A stretch of 30,222 nt of DNA, from IMG/VR virus record IMGVR_UViG_2565956730_000004. One strand, given 5' to 3'. Under the pieces are notes generated by a model. That model had not been told where the DNA came from, did no database searches, and saw only the letters and a list, made by a program, of their open reading frames with translations. Source of the DNA: a virus. Taxonomy: Duplodnaviria; Heunggongvirae; Uroviricota; Caudoviricetes. Shown in pieces: positions 17,160 through 27,102 of the stretch. Position numbers and translations under genes: made by a program. Positions within the stretch are counted from its first letter, which is position 1, and each line of letters opens with the position of its first letter.

Positions 17160-17167
17160 GGATCCTC

Positions 17168-17338
17168 ATGTTTGTGAAACCTGTTAAAGGGCGGTCAGTG
17201 CCTGACCCTGCCCGCGGCGACCTTTTGCCCGCCGAAGGGCGAAATGTTGACGAGAACAACTACTGGCTGCGCCGTGAAGCAGCGGGTGATATCCGGCGCG
17301 TGAATAAAAAGGTGAACACCGATGACGATAAGCTTTAA
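17168..17338 (+). CDS. DUF2635-like small protein (56 aa); not in the supplied ORF track because it is under 60 aa
   Basis: RBS TGAGGA 6 nt upstream of ATG 17168; translates to MFVKPVKGRSVPDPARGDLLPAEGRNVDENNYWLRREAAGDIRRVNKKVNTDDDKL; stop overlaps the sheath start. Confidence 0.6.
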   Translation: MFVKPVKGRSVPDPARGDLLPAEGRNVDENNYWLRREAAGDIRRVNKKVNTDDDKL

Positions 17339-18818
17339 CACCATTCCGTCGAATACGCTGGTTCCGCTGTTTTATGCGGAAATGGATAACCAGGCTGCGA
17401 ATACTGCACAGGACAGCGGAGCATCGCTGCTGATTGGTCATGCCAATAACGGTGCAGAGATTGTTGCCAACAGTCTGGTACTGATGCCGTCGGCAGACTA
17501 TGCACGCCAGATTTGTGGTGCGGGAAGTCAGCTGGCGCGTATGGTCGAGGCTTATCGCCAGACCGACCCGTTTGGCGAGCTGTATGTGATTGCCGTTCCT
17601 GAATCCACAGGCGCGGCGGCAACGGTTACGCTGACGGTGACCGGGGCGGCAACCGAAACCGGCACGGTGAATGTGTATGTGGGACGTACCCGCGTGCAGG
17701 CACCGGTGACTAACGGCGATAACGTCACGATGATTGCCAGCAGTATCCAGGATGCCATCAATGCCGTTCCGACCCTGCCGTTTACGGCTTCATCTTCGGC
17801 AGGCGTGGTCACACTGACCGCGCGTCATAAGGGGCTTTGCGGGAATGAAATTCCTGTCAGCCTCAATTACTACGGCTTTGGTGGGGGCGAAGTGCTGCCA
17901 GCGGGCGTACAGATTGCCGTGGCGACGGGTACCGCCGGAACGGGTGCTCCGGTTCTCACCGGCGCGGTGGCTGCAATGGCGGATGAGCCGTTTGATTATA
18001 TCGGCCTGCCGTTCAACGACACGGCCTCCGTTAACACGCTGGTGACCGAGATGAACGATACCAGCGGTCGCTGGAGCTATGCGCGTCAGCTGTATGGTCA
18101 TGTGTATACGGCAAAGATCGGCACGCTGTCAGAACTGGTGACCGCAGGTGACCAGTTTAACCAGCAGCACATTACCCTGGCGGGGTACGAAAAAGACACC
18201 CAGACGCCTGCCGACGAGCTGGCGGCAAGCCGTACCGCCCGCGCAGCGGTGTTTATCCGCAACGATCCGGCACGTCCCACGCAGACCGGTGAGCTGGTGG
18301 GTATGCTGCCTGCGCCGAAGGGGAAACGGTTCACGATGACAGAACAACAGACCCTGCTGTCTCATGGCGTGGCAACGGCGTATGTCGAAAGCGGGGTGCT
18401 GCGCATTCAGCGTGATGTCACCACGTACAGGGAAAATGCTTACGGGGTTGCGGATAACAGCTACCTCGACAGCGAGACGCTGCATACCAGTGCGTATGTA
18501 CTGCGCAAACTGAAATCCGTCATTACCAGTAAGTACGGGCGTCACAAGCTTGCCAGCGACGGTACCCGCTTTGGTCCCGGTCAGGCGATTGTCACCCCGG
18601 CGGTGATCAAAGGGGAACTGCTGGCAACCTACCGTCAGCTCGAGCGTGCGGGGATTGTGGAAAACTACGAACTTTTTAAGCAGTACCTGGTTGTGGAGCG
18701 TGATGCCAGCGATCCGAACCGCCTGAACACTCTGTTCCCGCCTGACTATGTTAACCAGTTGCGTGTCTTTGCCGTGGTTAACCAGTTCCGTCTTCAGTAT
18801 TCAGAGGAGTCCGCATAA
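17322..18818 (+). CDS. Contractile tail sheath protein (Mu gpL-like)
   Basis: 498 aa; RBS AAGGTGA; followed by tube, chaperone and tape measure genes in the canonical order. Confidence 0.85.
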   Translation: MTISFNTIPSNTLVPLFYAEMDNQAANTAQDSGASLLIGHANNGAEIVANSLVLMPSADYARQICGAGSQLARMVEAYRQTDPFGELYVIAVPESTGAAATVTLTVTGAATETGTVNVYVGRTRVQAPVTNGDNVTMIASSIQDAINAVPTLPFTASSSAGVVTLTARHKGLCGNEIPVSLNYYGFGGGEVLPAGVQIAVATGTAGTGAPVLTGAVAAMADEPFDYIGLPFNDTASVNTLVTEMNDTSGRWSYARQLYGHVYTAKIGTLSELVTAGDQFNQQHITLAGYEKDTQTPADELAASRTARAAVFIRNDPARPTQTGELVGMLPAPKGKRFTMTEQQTLLSHGVATAYVESGVLRIQRDVTTYRENAYGVADNSYLDSETLHTSAYVLRKLKSVITSKYGRHKLASDGTRFGPGQAIVTPAVIKGELLATYRQLERAGIVENYELFKQYLVVERDASDPNRLNTLFPPDYVNQLRVFAVVNQFRLQYSEESA

Positions 18819-19174
18819 TGGCCCGTATCGGGGGAACCTGTTATTTCAAAATTGACGGTCAGCAGCTATCGCTGACCGGCGGCATTGAGGTGCCCATGAA
18901 CAGGACGGTCAATGATGACATCATCGGCCTGGACGGTTCAGTGGACCGCAAGGAAACTCACCGTGCGCCTTATGTTAAAGGGACCTTCAAGGTGCCGAAG
19001 AATTTTCCGGTGAGCAAAATCACCTCGTCTGATGAGATGACAATCACTGCCGAGCTGGCGAACGGTCAGGTCTATGTACTGTCGTCTGCCTGGCTGCACG
19101 GCGAAGCGAACCATAATGCCGAAGAAGGCACGGTTGATCTTGAGTTCCACGGTGAAGAAGGGGATTACCAGTAA
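18818..19174 (+). CDS. Tail tube protein (Mu gpM-like)
   Basis: 118 aa; RBS AGGAG; immediately follows the sheath gene. Confidence 0.8.
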   Translation: MARIGGTCYFKIDGQQLSLTGGIEVPMNRTVNDDIIGLDGSVDRKETHRAPYVKGTFKVPKNFPVSKITSSDEMTITAELANGQVYVLSSAWLHGEANHNAEEGTVDLEFHGEEGDYQ

Positions 19175-19443
19175 TGAAAGAGCTTGAGTTAAAGAAACCG
19201 ATTACCGCTCATGGCGAGACACTCTCCGTACTGGAGTTTGATGAGCCCACCGGGAAAGATGTCCGCGAGCTGGGGTATCCCTACCAGATGAATCAGGATG
19301 AGTCCGTCAGACTTCTGGCGCATGTGGTATCGAAATACATTGTGCGGCTGGCGAAAGTGCCGCAAAACTCTGTCGACCAGATGTCTCCGGCAGACCTGAA
19401 TGCTGCGGCGTGGCTTGTGGCTGGTTTTTTCCTCCAGGCCTGA
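19174..19443 (+). CDS. Tail assembly chaperone (G-like; zero-frame product)
   Basis: 89 aa acidic protein directly upstream of the tape measure gene; contains a slippery heptamer near its 3' end. Confidence 0.7.
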   Translation: MKELELKKPITAHGETLSVLEFDEPTGKDVRELGYPYQMNQDESVRLLAHVVSKYIVRLAKVPQNSVDQMSPADLNAAAWLVAGFFLQA

Positions 19444-19592
19444 CGGCTGAATACCTCACTGATCGCTTCTTTGACTGCGCCAGCTACTGGCGCATTAATC
19501 CCTTCGAATTGCTGAATATGCCGATCAGTGAAATTCCCTTGCTGGTCAGTCAGGCAAACAGGATAGAGCAGGAGAAACGCACACATGGCTGA
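19174..19592 (+). CDS. Tail assembly chaperone, extended product via programmed -1 frameshift (GT-like)
   Basis: Slippery T_TTT_TTC at 19425-19431; the -1 frame is open from there to TGA 19590-19592, which overlaps the tape measure start. Confidence 0.55.
19425..19431 (+). other. Putative -1 programmed ribosomal frameshift slippery heptamer (T TTT TTC)
   Basis: Zero frame reads GGT TTT TTC; fits the X_XXY_YYZ pattern; downstream -1 frame is open for about 54 codons. Confidence 0.55.
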
Positions 19593-21417
19593 ATTTGAGC
19601 TTAAGGCGTTGATCACCGGTGTCGACAGGCTTTCTCCCGCGCTGTCGAAAATGCAAAAGAAAATCCGGGGATTTAAACGCCAGGCGGAAGAAGCGTCACA
19701 GGGTGGGCTGGCGCTTGGTGGCGGACTGGCTGCGGGTCTGACGCTTTCCCTGAAATCTTATGCCGATCAGGAAAACGCCGCCACCGGGCTGAAAGTTGCC
19801 ATGATGGATGCGAACGGTGAGGTCGGAAAGCGCTTTCAGGACATCAATAAACTGGCTATTGGTCTGGGTAACCAGCTACCCGGTACAACGGCTGATTTCC
19901 AGAACATGATGCAGATGCTGGTGCGTCAGGGGATCCCGGCAGAAAACATTCTTGGCGGTGTGGGTAAAGCGACAGCTTATCTTGCGGTACAACTGAAAAA
20001 AACACCGGAAGCGGCTGCTGAGTTTGCTGCAAAGATGCAGGATGCTACCGGAACGGCGTCAGAAGACATGATGGGGCTGTTCGACACTATCCAGAAGGCG
20101 TTTTATCTGGGCGTTGACGATACCAACATGTTGTCCTTCTTCACTAAAACCAGTTCTGTTCTGAAGATGGTGAACAAGGACGGTCTTCAGGCTGCACAGA
20201 GCCTTGCCCCCATCAGCGTCATGATGGATCAGATGGGGATGAACGGGGAGTCGGCAGGTAATGCCCTGCGAAAAGTTATCCAGTCCGGATTAAGCGTTAA
20301 GAAAATCAGGGACGTCAATAAAGTCATGGCCCGCCAGAAACTCGGGGTACAGCTCGATTTTACTGACGGCAAAGGAAGTTTTGGCGGTCTTGATAACATG
20401 TTCAGGCAACTGGCAAAGCTGCGAAAACTGACCGACGTTAAGCGAACAGGTGTACTTAAGGCAATATTTGGTGATGATGCCGAAACCCTTCAGGTGGTTA
20501 ATGCACTAATCGATAAAGGAAAGGATGGCTACGATCAGATCCAGCAGAAGATGAATAAACAGGCCAGCCTGAATAAACGTGTTCAGGCCCAGCTTGGTAC
20601 GCTGTCCAACCTGTGGGAGGCAATGACGGGGACCGCAACTAACGGCCTTGCGGCTATTGGCGGCGCATTTTCTGGTGACGCCAAAAATATCACGCAATGG
20701 CTGGGGGAGTTAGGGGAAAAATTCACGAAGTTTGCGGATGAAAATCCCCGGGTTATTCGCGGCGTCGTCGGGCTTGCTGCCGGTCTTGCGATTCTGAAAC
20801 TGGGATTGATGGGCGTTGGCGGTGCCATCAGTATTGTCAGCAGGATCATGTCGATGACGCCGATTGGCATGATTGCGACGGCGATTGCTCTGGCTGCGGG
20901 ATTAATTATCACTAACTGGGATGTTGTCGGACCTTATTTCAAGAAGCTCTGGGAAACCATTGGTCCTTATTTTGAGGCAGGTTGGGAACTTCTGAAGAAG
21001 GTTTTTGCCTGGTCGCCGCTGGGGATGGTGATCAATAACTGGGGACCGGTTGTTAAGTGGTTTCAGGATATGTGGGACAAGCTGAAGCCAATTATTGAGT
21101 GGTTTACCGACAGTTCCGGTGACACGGTCGATGCCATTAACTCTGCGCAGTGGGGCGCGGGTGCTTATGATGCTTATGGGACGGGAATACCGGCGCGGGG
21201 ATACACACCTTATCCGGCGGTGGATCCGGCTCAGTCAAACAACGCCTCCGATGCCACAGGCTCGAATCCCTTCATGATTAACAAAGCTTCTGTGCCAAAA
21301 GTTGATGGTGAGATCAAGGTATCTTTTGTGAATTCGCCTCCGGGTATGCGGGTTATGGAAACGCGATCCAGCGGTTTTGATGTCAGCCATGATGTTGGCT
21401 ATACGCGGTTCAGGTAG
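19585..21417 (+). CDS. Tail tape measure protein
   Basis: 610 aa; Ala/Gly-rich alpha-helical N-terminal half and hydrophobic Gly-rich segments in the C-terminal half; RBS AGGAGA; canonical position. Confidence 0.85.
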   Translation: MAEFELKALITGVDRLSPALSKMQKKIRGFKRQAEEASQGGLALGGGLAAGLTLSLKSYADQENAATGLKVAMMDANGEVGKRFQDINKLAIGLGNQLPGTTADFQNMMQMLVRQGIPAENILGGVGKATAYLAVQLKKTPEAAAEFAAKMQDATGTASEDMMGLFDTIQKAFYLGVDDTNMLSFFTKTSSVLKMVNKDGLQAAQSLAPISVMMDQMGMNGESAGNALRKVIQSGLSVKKIRDVNKVMARQKLGVQLDFTDGKGSFGGLDNMFRQLAKLRKLTDVKRTGVLKAIFGDDAETLQVVNALIDKGKDGYDQIQQKMNKQASLNKRVQAQLGTLSNLWEAMTGTATNGLAAIGGAFSGDAKNITQWLGELGEKFTKFADENPRVIRGVVGLAAGLAILKLGLMGVGGAISIVSRIMSMTPIGMIATAIALAAGLIITNWDVVGPYFKKLWETIGPYFEAGWELLKKVFAWSPLGMVINNWGPVVKWFQDMWDKLKPIIEWFTDSSGDTVDAINSAQWGAGAYDAYGTGIPARGYTPYPAVDPAQSNNASDATGSNPFMINKASVPKVDGEIKVSFVNSPPGMRVMETRSSGFDVSHDVGYTRFR

Positions 21418-21516
21418 TGTACAAAATGATTAATGTGTTTTTGTCTGGCATAATTTGGGTTTTCAGCTTTAAGTAGTTAATATAATCATTCCTTACAAAT
21501 GATTGAAGGGATGATT

Positions 21517-22011
21517 ATGCGTATCTTTGTTTTTTTTATATCTGCACTTTTATCTTTTAACTTGGCTGCGGAAGAGTGTAAGTTCAGCTTTAATGAGTCA
21601 GAATTAATCTCTTCTATAGGTATTGCACCAGTTAAGCAAGAGATAATAAAGGATGAAGGAATAACTAAGCGGCAATATGAATTCAGAAGAGAATTATCTT
21701 CTGAAGAAATGCTTAGTGATGACGCTGATGAAAAATATGAGCCGCAGTTTTATATATCTGTTTATAATCCATCATGCCCACAAAAGGTTATTGTTTGGTT
21801 TTTCAAAGACAATAAAAACACAATGGATTTAAGTAATGAGGTCCTTGCTGGTAGAGCGTTCAAGTATTTAACTGGTGTTAATGAAAGTATTTTTGAAAAT
21901 AAAATGAAAAAGTTTTTAAAGGTACAGTCATTTGAATCTTTTGATGAAAGGACAGATTCTAAATTTATAAAGAGTGGTGATATTTATTCCATTGATGTTC
22001 AACTCAGATAG
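21517..22011 (+). CDS. AT-rich inserted gene: secreted/periplasmic protein of unknown function (165 aa) with N-terminal signal peptide
   Basis: RBS AAGGGA about 6 nt upstream of ATG 21517 (ORF opens at 21499). N-terminus MRIFVFFISALLSFNLAAEE is signal-peptide-like; two Cys in the mature part; Lys/Glu/Asn-rich AT-biased codons unlike neighbours; flanked by an AT-rich upstream region and a downstream terminator. Confidence 0.65.
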   Translation: MRIFVFFISALLSFNLAAEECKFSFNESELISSIGIAPVKQEIIKDEGITKRQYEFRRELSSEEMLSDDADEKYEPQFYISVYNPSCPQKVIVWFFKDNKNTMDLSNEVLAGRAFKYLTGVNESIFENKMKKFLKVQSFESFDERTDSKFIKSGDIYSIDVQLR

Positions 22012-22031
22012 TAATTAAAAATATTAGATTC

Positions 22032-22088
22032 CCGCCACATCTTCTGCGATGTAAATAACTGACAAAGCAGATTTGGCGGGTTTTTTGT
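22032..22088 (+). terminator. Terminator-like structure after the inserted gene
   Basis: CCCGCCA (22032-22038) pairs with TGGCGGG (22075-22081), followed by TTTTTTG; the interior holds a small CATC/GATG hairpin. Confidence 0.45.
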
Positions 22089-22101
22089 ATCCGGAGTTTA
22101 T

Positions 22102-23430
22102 ATGACGTGGAAAGACAGGCTTCAGGATGCGTCATTTCGCGGCGTACCGTTTAAGGTTGAAGAAGAAAGTGCGGGAACCGGTCGCCGTGTGGAAACACAC
22201 GAATATCCGAACCGCGACAAGCCCTATACCGAAGATCTGGGAAAAGTCACTTTCCGCCCGTCCATCACAGCTTATGTGGTGGGAGATGACTGCTTTGACC
22301 AGCGCGATCGCCTGATTGAAGCGCTGAATAAACCCGGTCCCGGCACGCTTGTCCACCCGACATATGGTGAGCTGAAAGTCTGTGTTGACGGGGAAGTTCG
22401 GGTCAGCACATCGAAAAGTGAAGGGCGTATTGTCCGCTTTGACCTGAAGTTTGTCGAAGCAGGAGAACTCTCTTACCCCACATCAGGTGCGGCGACGGCG
22501 CAGACGCTGATGTCATCCTGTTCTGCACTGGATGACTGCATCAGTGACAGCTTCAGCGGTTTCAGTATCGATGGTGTGGCGGATTTCGTGCAGAACGACG
22601 TTATCGGTAATGCCAGCATAATGCTGGGGTATGTTTCTGATGCGATGAAAGTGGTGGATTCTGCCGTATCGGATGCCGCCAGGCTGTTGCAGGGGGATAT
22701 CTCGGTACTTCTGCCGCCGCCATCGTCAGGCAAAAATTTCGTTGAGCAGGTGCAGAAAATGTGGCGTACCGGGAAACGCCTTTATGGTAACGCCAGCGAC
22801 CTGGTCACCATGATCAAAACGCTTTCCGGTGTCAGCCTCGGCAGCGATCTGCAACCGCGCGGCGTCTGGAAAACGGACAGTAAAACCACCGCCACGGCTA
22901 CGCAGCAGCGTAACGTGGTTGCCAGCACCCTTCGTACGACCGCAATCAGCGAAGCGGCGTATGCCGTCACCCGATTGCCTGCGCCAACAACTTCCGCGGT
23001 GATGCAGAATTCCGCAGTGGGGCAGGCAACAACACCCGCGCAGAGCACTGGCTGGCCTGCCGTCACGCATCCGGCACTGAACAATGCACCGGCGGTGAAA
23101 AACACGGTTGACCTGCCGACGTGGGAAGAACTGACTGACATTCGCGACACACTGAATACGGCAATTGATAAGGAGTTGTCCCGTACAACCAGTGATGCGC
23201 TGTTTCTGGCGCTGCGCCGGGTGAAAGCAGATCTGAATGCGGATATCAACACGCGCCTTGAACAGTCTGCACGGATCATTCAGCGCACACCGGATGAGGT
23301 TTTACCCGCGCTGGTGCTGGCGGCGACCTGGTTTGATAACGCGGCGCGTGACGCGGACATTATCCGGCGTAATGCCATTACGCATCCCGGCTTTGTGCCG
23401 GTGATCCCTCTGAAGGTGCCAGTGCAATGA
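22102..23430 (+). CDS. DNA circularization protein (Mu gpN-like)
   Basis: 442 aa; RBS GGAG; first gene after the tape measure region, as in Mu/SfV-type tail modules. Confidence 0.8.
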   Translation: MTWKDRLQDASFRGVPFKVEEESAGTGRRVETHEYPNRDKPYTEDLGKVTFRPSITAYVVGDDCFDQRDRLIEALNKPGPGTLVHPTYGELKVCVDGEVRVSTSKSEGRIVRFDLKFVEAGELSYPTSGAATAQTLMSSCSALDDCISDSFSGFSIDGVADFVQNDVIGNASIMLGYVSDAMKVVDSAVSDAARLLQGDISVLLPPPSSGKNFVEQVQKMWRTGKRLYGNASDLVTMIKTLSGVSLGSDLQPRGVWKTDSKTTATATQQRNVVASTLRTTAISEAAYAVTRLPAPTTSAVMQNSAVGQATTPAQSTGWPAVTHPALNNAPAVKNTVDLPTWEELTDIRDTLNTAIDKELSRTTSDALFLALRRVKADLNADINTRLEQSARIIQRTPDEVLPALVLAATWFDNAARDADIIRRNAITHPGFVPVIPLKVPVQ

Positions 23431-24506
23431 ACGACAATGTCACGCTACGGGTAAATGGCCGGGAGTGGAATGGCTGGACATCGGTGCGCATCGGTGCCGG
23501 TATTGAACGGCTGGCGCGGGATTTCAGTGTGGAGATCACTCGCCAGTGGCCAGGATATGAGGGTATCACCACGCTTCAGCCGCGCATTAAAAACGGTTCA
23601 AAAGTGGAAGTGCTGATTGGTGATGAGCTGGTGATCACCGGCTGGGTGGAGGCGACTCCCGTTCGTTACGATGCCCGTTCGGTCAGCACCGGTATTGCCG
23701 GACGTAGTCTGACGGCTGACCTGATTGACTGTGCAGCCGAACCGACACAGTTTAACGGACGCTCGCTGGTGCAGATTGCGCAGGCGCTTGCTGCGCCTTT
23801 CGGCATTGAGGTGGTGAACAGCGGTGCGCCATCGGGTGTTATTCCTGATGTTCAGCCTGATCACGGTGAAACGGTGATTGAGGTAATCAACAAAATACTC
23901 GGTCAGCAGCAGGCGCTGGCTTACGACGACCCGCACGGCAGGCTGGTGATTGGCGGTATTGGCTCAACGCGGGCACATACCGCGCTGGTACTCGGGGAAA
24001 ACATCCTTTCCTGCGATACGGAGAAGAGTATCCGGGAGCGGTTTTCTGTTTACCAGGTGGCGGGGCAGCGTGCCGGAAACGACGATGATTTCGGTGAGGC
24101 CACCACCACCGCGCTGCGGGCCCGCACAGAGGACGCATTTATTGCCCGTTACCGTCCGATGTATATCAGGCAGACAGGGCAGGCTACGGGGGCAGGCTGT
24201 ATTGCGCGTGCTGACTTTGAAGCCCGACAACGGGCGGCGCGGACGGATGAAACCACCTATGTGGTGCAGGGCTGGCGACAGGGTAACGGTACGCTGTGGC
24301 AGCCCAACCAGCGGGTGATTGTCTTCGATCCGGTCTGTGGTTTCGACAATACCGAACTGCTTGTCTCGGAAGTCACGTTTACTCAGGACCAGAACGGCAC
24401 CCTGACGGAAATCCGTGTCGGCCCACCTGATGCTTATCTGCCTGAACCCGAAGCCCCCGGCGCGCGGAAAAAGAAAAAAGCCAGAGTACAGGAGGACCCG
24501 TTCTGA
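23427..24506 (+). CDS. Baseplate hub / tail protein (Mu gpP-like)
   Basis: 359 aa; ATGA-coupled; canonical position. Confidence 0.8.
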   Translation: MNDNVTLRVNGREWNGWTSVRIGAGIERLARDFSVEITRQWPGYEGITTLQPRIKNGSKVEVLIGDELVITGWVEATPVRYDARSVSTGIAGRSLTADLIDCAAEPTQFNGRSLVQIAQALAAPFGIEVVNSGAPSGVIPDVQPDHGETVIEVINKILGQQQALAYDDPHGRLVIGGIGSTRAHTALVLGENILSCDTEKSIRERFSVYQVAGQRAGNDDDFGEATTTALRARTEDAFIARYRPMYIRQTGQATGAGCIARADFEARQRAARTDETTYVVQGWRQGNGTLWQPNQRVIVFDPVCGFDNTELLVSEVTFTQDQNGTLTEIRVGPPDAYLPEPEAPGARKKKKARVQEDPF

Positions 24507-25054
24507 TGAGGACGATTGAAGCCATGCAGCGACAACTCCTCGGCCTGATTGGGCGGGCCGTGGTGAAAAGCATCAGTGCCGCCACGAAATGTCAGACCGT
24601 GGATGTGTCCCTGATTGCCGGTGAACCCAAAGCCGGGGTTGAACATCTTGAACCCTACGGTTTTACCGCAAGGGCAAACAGCGGTGCGGAAGCGGTGGTG
24701 TTGTTTCCGGATGGTGACCGTTCTCATGCGGTGGTTGTTACGGTGTCGGACCGGCGCTACCGCCTGAAAGGGTTGCAGACGGGTGAGGTGGCTGTCTATG
24801 ACGATCAGGGGCAGTCCGTGACGCTGACCCGGGAGGGGATCGTGGTGGACGGTGCAGGTAAAACGATCACGTTTCGCAATTCACCTAAAGCACGTTTTGA
24901 AATGGACCTGGAAGTGACAGGACAGGTGAAAGACCTGTGCGACTCCAGCGGCACCACCATGTCAGCGATGCGGCTTGCCTATAACGGGCATCGTCACAGA
25001 GAGAACGGTCAGGGCAGTAACACCGACAAACCGGATAAAGCGATGGAGGCATGA
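24506..25054 (+). CDS. Baseplate spike / assembly protein V (Mu gp45-like)
   Basis: 182 aa; RBS AGGAGG; between the hub and gp46-like genes. Confidence 0.8.
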   Translation: MRTIEAMQRQLLGLIGRAVVKSISAATKCQTVDVSLIAGEPKAGVEHLEPYGFTARANSGAEAVVLFPDGDRSHAVVVTVSDRRYRLKGLQTGEVAVYDDQGQSVTLTREGIVVDGAGKTITFRNSPKARFEMDLEVTGQVKDLCDSSGTTMSAMRLAYNGHRHRENGQGSNTDKPDKAMEA

Positions 25055-25479
25055 TGGAACTGTGGCTGACGGTGAACGGTAAACGCACCTGCGCCAGCGC
25101 ACCGCTGGATCCGCTGACCCGCGCCGTGGTGATTTCCCTGTTTACCTGGCGGCGGGCGGAGCCTGATGACAACGCCGACGTCCCGATGGGATGGTGGGGG
25201 GATACCTGGCCTGCGGTACAGAATGACCGTTACGGCTCCCGGCTGTGGCTGCTTCAGCGCAGCAAACTGACCAATCAGCTGGTGCAGACGGTAAGGGGGT
25301 ATATCCGCGAATGCCTGCAATGGATGATTGATGACGGCGTGGTGTCCCGTATTGATCTGGATATCCGCCGCACCGGGATTAATGAACTGGGTAACAGTAT
25401 CACTCTCTGGCGTCGTGACGGACCGGTAATGATTTCTTTTGATGATCTGTGGAGTGCGATAACGCATGGCGGACAGTGA
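25051..25479 (+). CDS. Baseplate protein (Mu gp46-like)
   Basis: 142 aa; RBS GGAGG; translationally coupled. Confidence 0.75.
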   Translation: MMELWLTVNGKRTCASAPLDPLTRAVVISLFTWRRAEPDDNADVPMGWWGDTWPAVQNDRYGSRLWLLQRSKLTNQLVQTVRGYIRECLQWMIDDGVVSRIDLDIRRTGINELGNSITLWRRDGPVMISFDDLWSAITHGGQ

Positions 25480-26524
25480 ATTTCAGCGCCCGACGCTGGC
25501 AGAAAATATCAGTATGCTCCGTAACGATTTATTCGCCAGGCTGGACGTCAGCGACACGCTCCGGCGCATGGATGAAGACGTGCGGGCAAAGGTGTATGCG
25601 GCGGCGCTGCATACGGTTTATGGGTACATCGATTATCTGGCAATGAATATGCTGCCTGACCTGTGCGATGAGTCCTGGCTGGCACGACATGCTGCGATGA
25701 AACGGTGTCCGCGCAAGGGGGCCACGGCTGCCAGCGGGTATATGCGCTGGGAAGGTGTCAGCGATGGCCTGAAGGTGACTGCCGGGAGCGTGATTCAGCG
25801 CGATGACCTGGTTCAGTACACGGCAACTGCCGATGCAACCAGCTCCGGTGGTGTCCTGCGTGCGCCGATCACTTGCTCAACTACAGGCGCGGTCGGTAAC
25901 GCTGACGACGGTACGGCATTAATCCTGGTCACGCCGGTGAATGGTCTGCCGTCTTCCGGTGTTGCAGATACCCTGACTGGCGGATTCGATACTGAAGATC
26001 TGGAAACGTGGCGCGCCCGCGTCATTGAGCGGTATTACTGGACGCCGCAGGGCGGGGCTGACGGGGACTATGTCGTCTGGGCTAAAGAAGTGCCCGGCAT
26101 TACCCGCGCATGGACATACCGTCACTGGATGGGAACGGGAACTGTCGGTGTGATGATTGCCAGCAGTGACCTGATTAATCCCATTCCGGAAGAATCAACG
26201 GAAACGGCGGCAAGACAACATATCGAGCCACTGGCCCCGGTGGCAGGCTCTGATTTATATGTATTCAGGCCGGTGGCGCATAAAGTGGATTTTCATATCC
26301 GCGTGACGCCGGACACACCGGAAATACGGGCTGCCATCACCGCCGAGTTGCGTTCGTTCCTGCTGCGTGATGGTTATCCGCAGGGAGAACTGAAGGTGTC
26401 GCGTATCAGTGAAGCGATTTCCGGTGCGAACGGGGAATACAGCCATCAGTTGCTTGCACCGGCAGACAATATCTCCATTGCAAAAAATGAACTGGCGGTA
26501 CTGGGGACGATTTCATGGACGTGA
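25466..26524 (+). CDS. Baseplate J-like protein (Mu gp47-like)
   Basis: 352 aa; position and size match baseplate J family. Confidence 0.8.
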   Translation: MADSEFQRPTLAENISMLRNDLFARLDVSDTLRRMDEDVRAKVYAAALHTVYGYIDYLAMNMLPDLCDESWLARHAAMKRCPRKGATAASGYMRWEGVSDGLKVTAGSVIQRDDLVQYTATADATSSGGVLRAPITCSTTGAVGNADDGTALILVTPVNGLPSSGVADTLTGGFDTEDLETWRARVIERYYWTPQGGADGDYVVWAKEVPGITRAWTYRHWMGTGTVGVMIASSDLINPIPEESTETAARQHIEPLAPVAGSDLYVFRPVAHKVDFHIRVTPDTPEIRAAITAELRSFLLRDGYPQGELKVSRISEAISGANGEYSHQLLAPADNISIAKNELAVLGTISWT

Positions 26525-27099
26525 CAAACGATGATTACATCCGTCTGTTGTCGGCACTGTTGCCCCCCGGTCCGGCGTGGTCATCCAGCGATCCAGCGAT
26601 TGCCGGTGCGGCACCGTCATTAACCCGCGTTCATCAGCGTGCGGATGCCCTGATGCGGGAGCTGGATCCGCGCACCACCACTGAACTGATAAACCGCTGG
26701 GAGCGTCTGTGCGGCCTGCCGGATGAATGTATTCCGGCGGGAACGCAGACCCTTCGCCAGCGTCAGCAACGGCTGGATGCGAAGGTTAATCTGGCGGGCG
26801 GCATCAATGAGGATTTTTACCTTGCACAGCTTGCTGCCCTGGGCAGACCAGACGCCACCATCACGCGATACGACAAAAGCACGTTCACCTGCTCATCGGC
26901 CTGTACTGACGCAGTGAATGCGACGGAATGGCGGTATTACTGGCAGGTCAACATGCCAGCCGCCACCAACACCACCTGGATGACATGTGGCGATCCCTGT
27001 GATTCCGCACTGCGTATCTGGGGCGACACCGTTGTCGAGTGCGTGCTTAACAAACTCTGCCCTTCGCATACCTACGTAATTTTCAAATATCCGGAGTAA
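26515..27099 (+). CDS. Baseplate/tail protein (Mu gp48-like, YmfQ/DUF2313-like)
   Basis: 194 aa; Cys-containing C-terminus; directly upstream of the tail fibre gene. Confidence 0.7.
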   Translation: MDVTNDDYIRLLSALLPPGPAWSSSDPAIAGAAPSLTRVHQRADALMRELDPRTTTELINRWERLCGLPDECIPAGTQTLRQRQQRLDAKVNLAGGINEDFYLAQLAALGRPDATITRYDKSTFTCSSACTDAVNATEWRYYWQVNMPAATNTTWMTCGDPCDSALRIWGDTVVECVLNKLCPSHTYVIFKYPE

Positions 27100-27102
27100 T
27101 CC

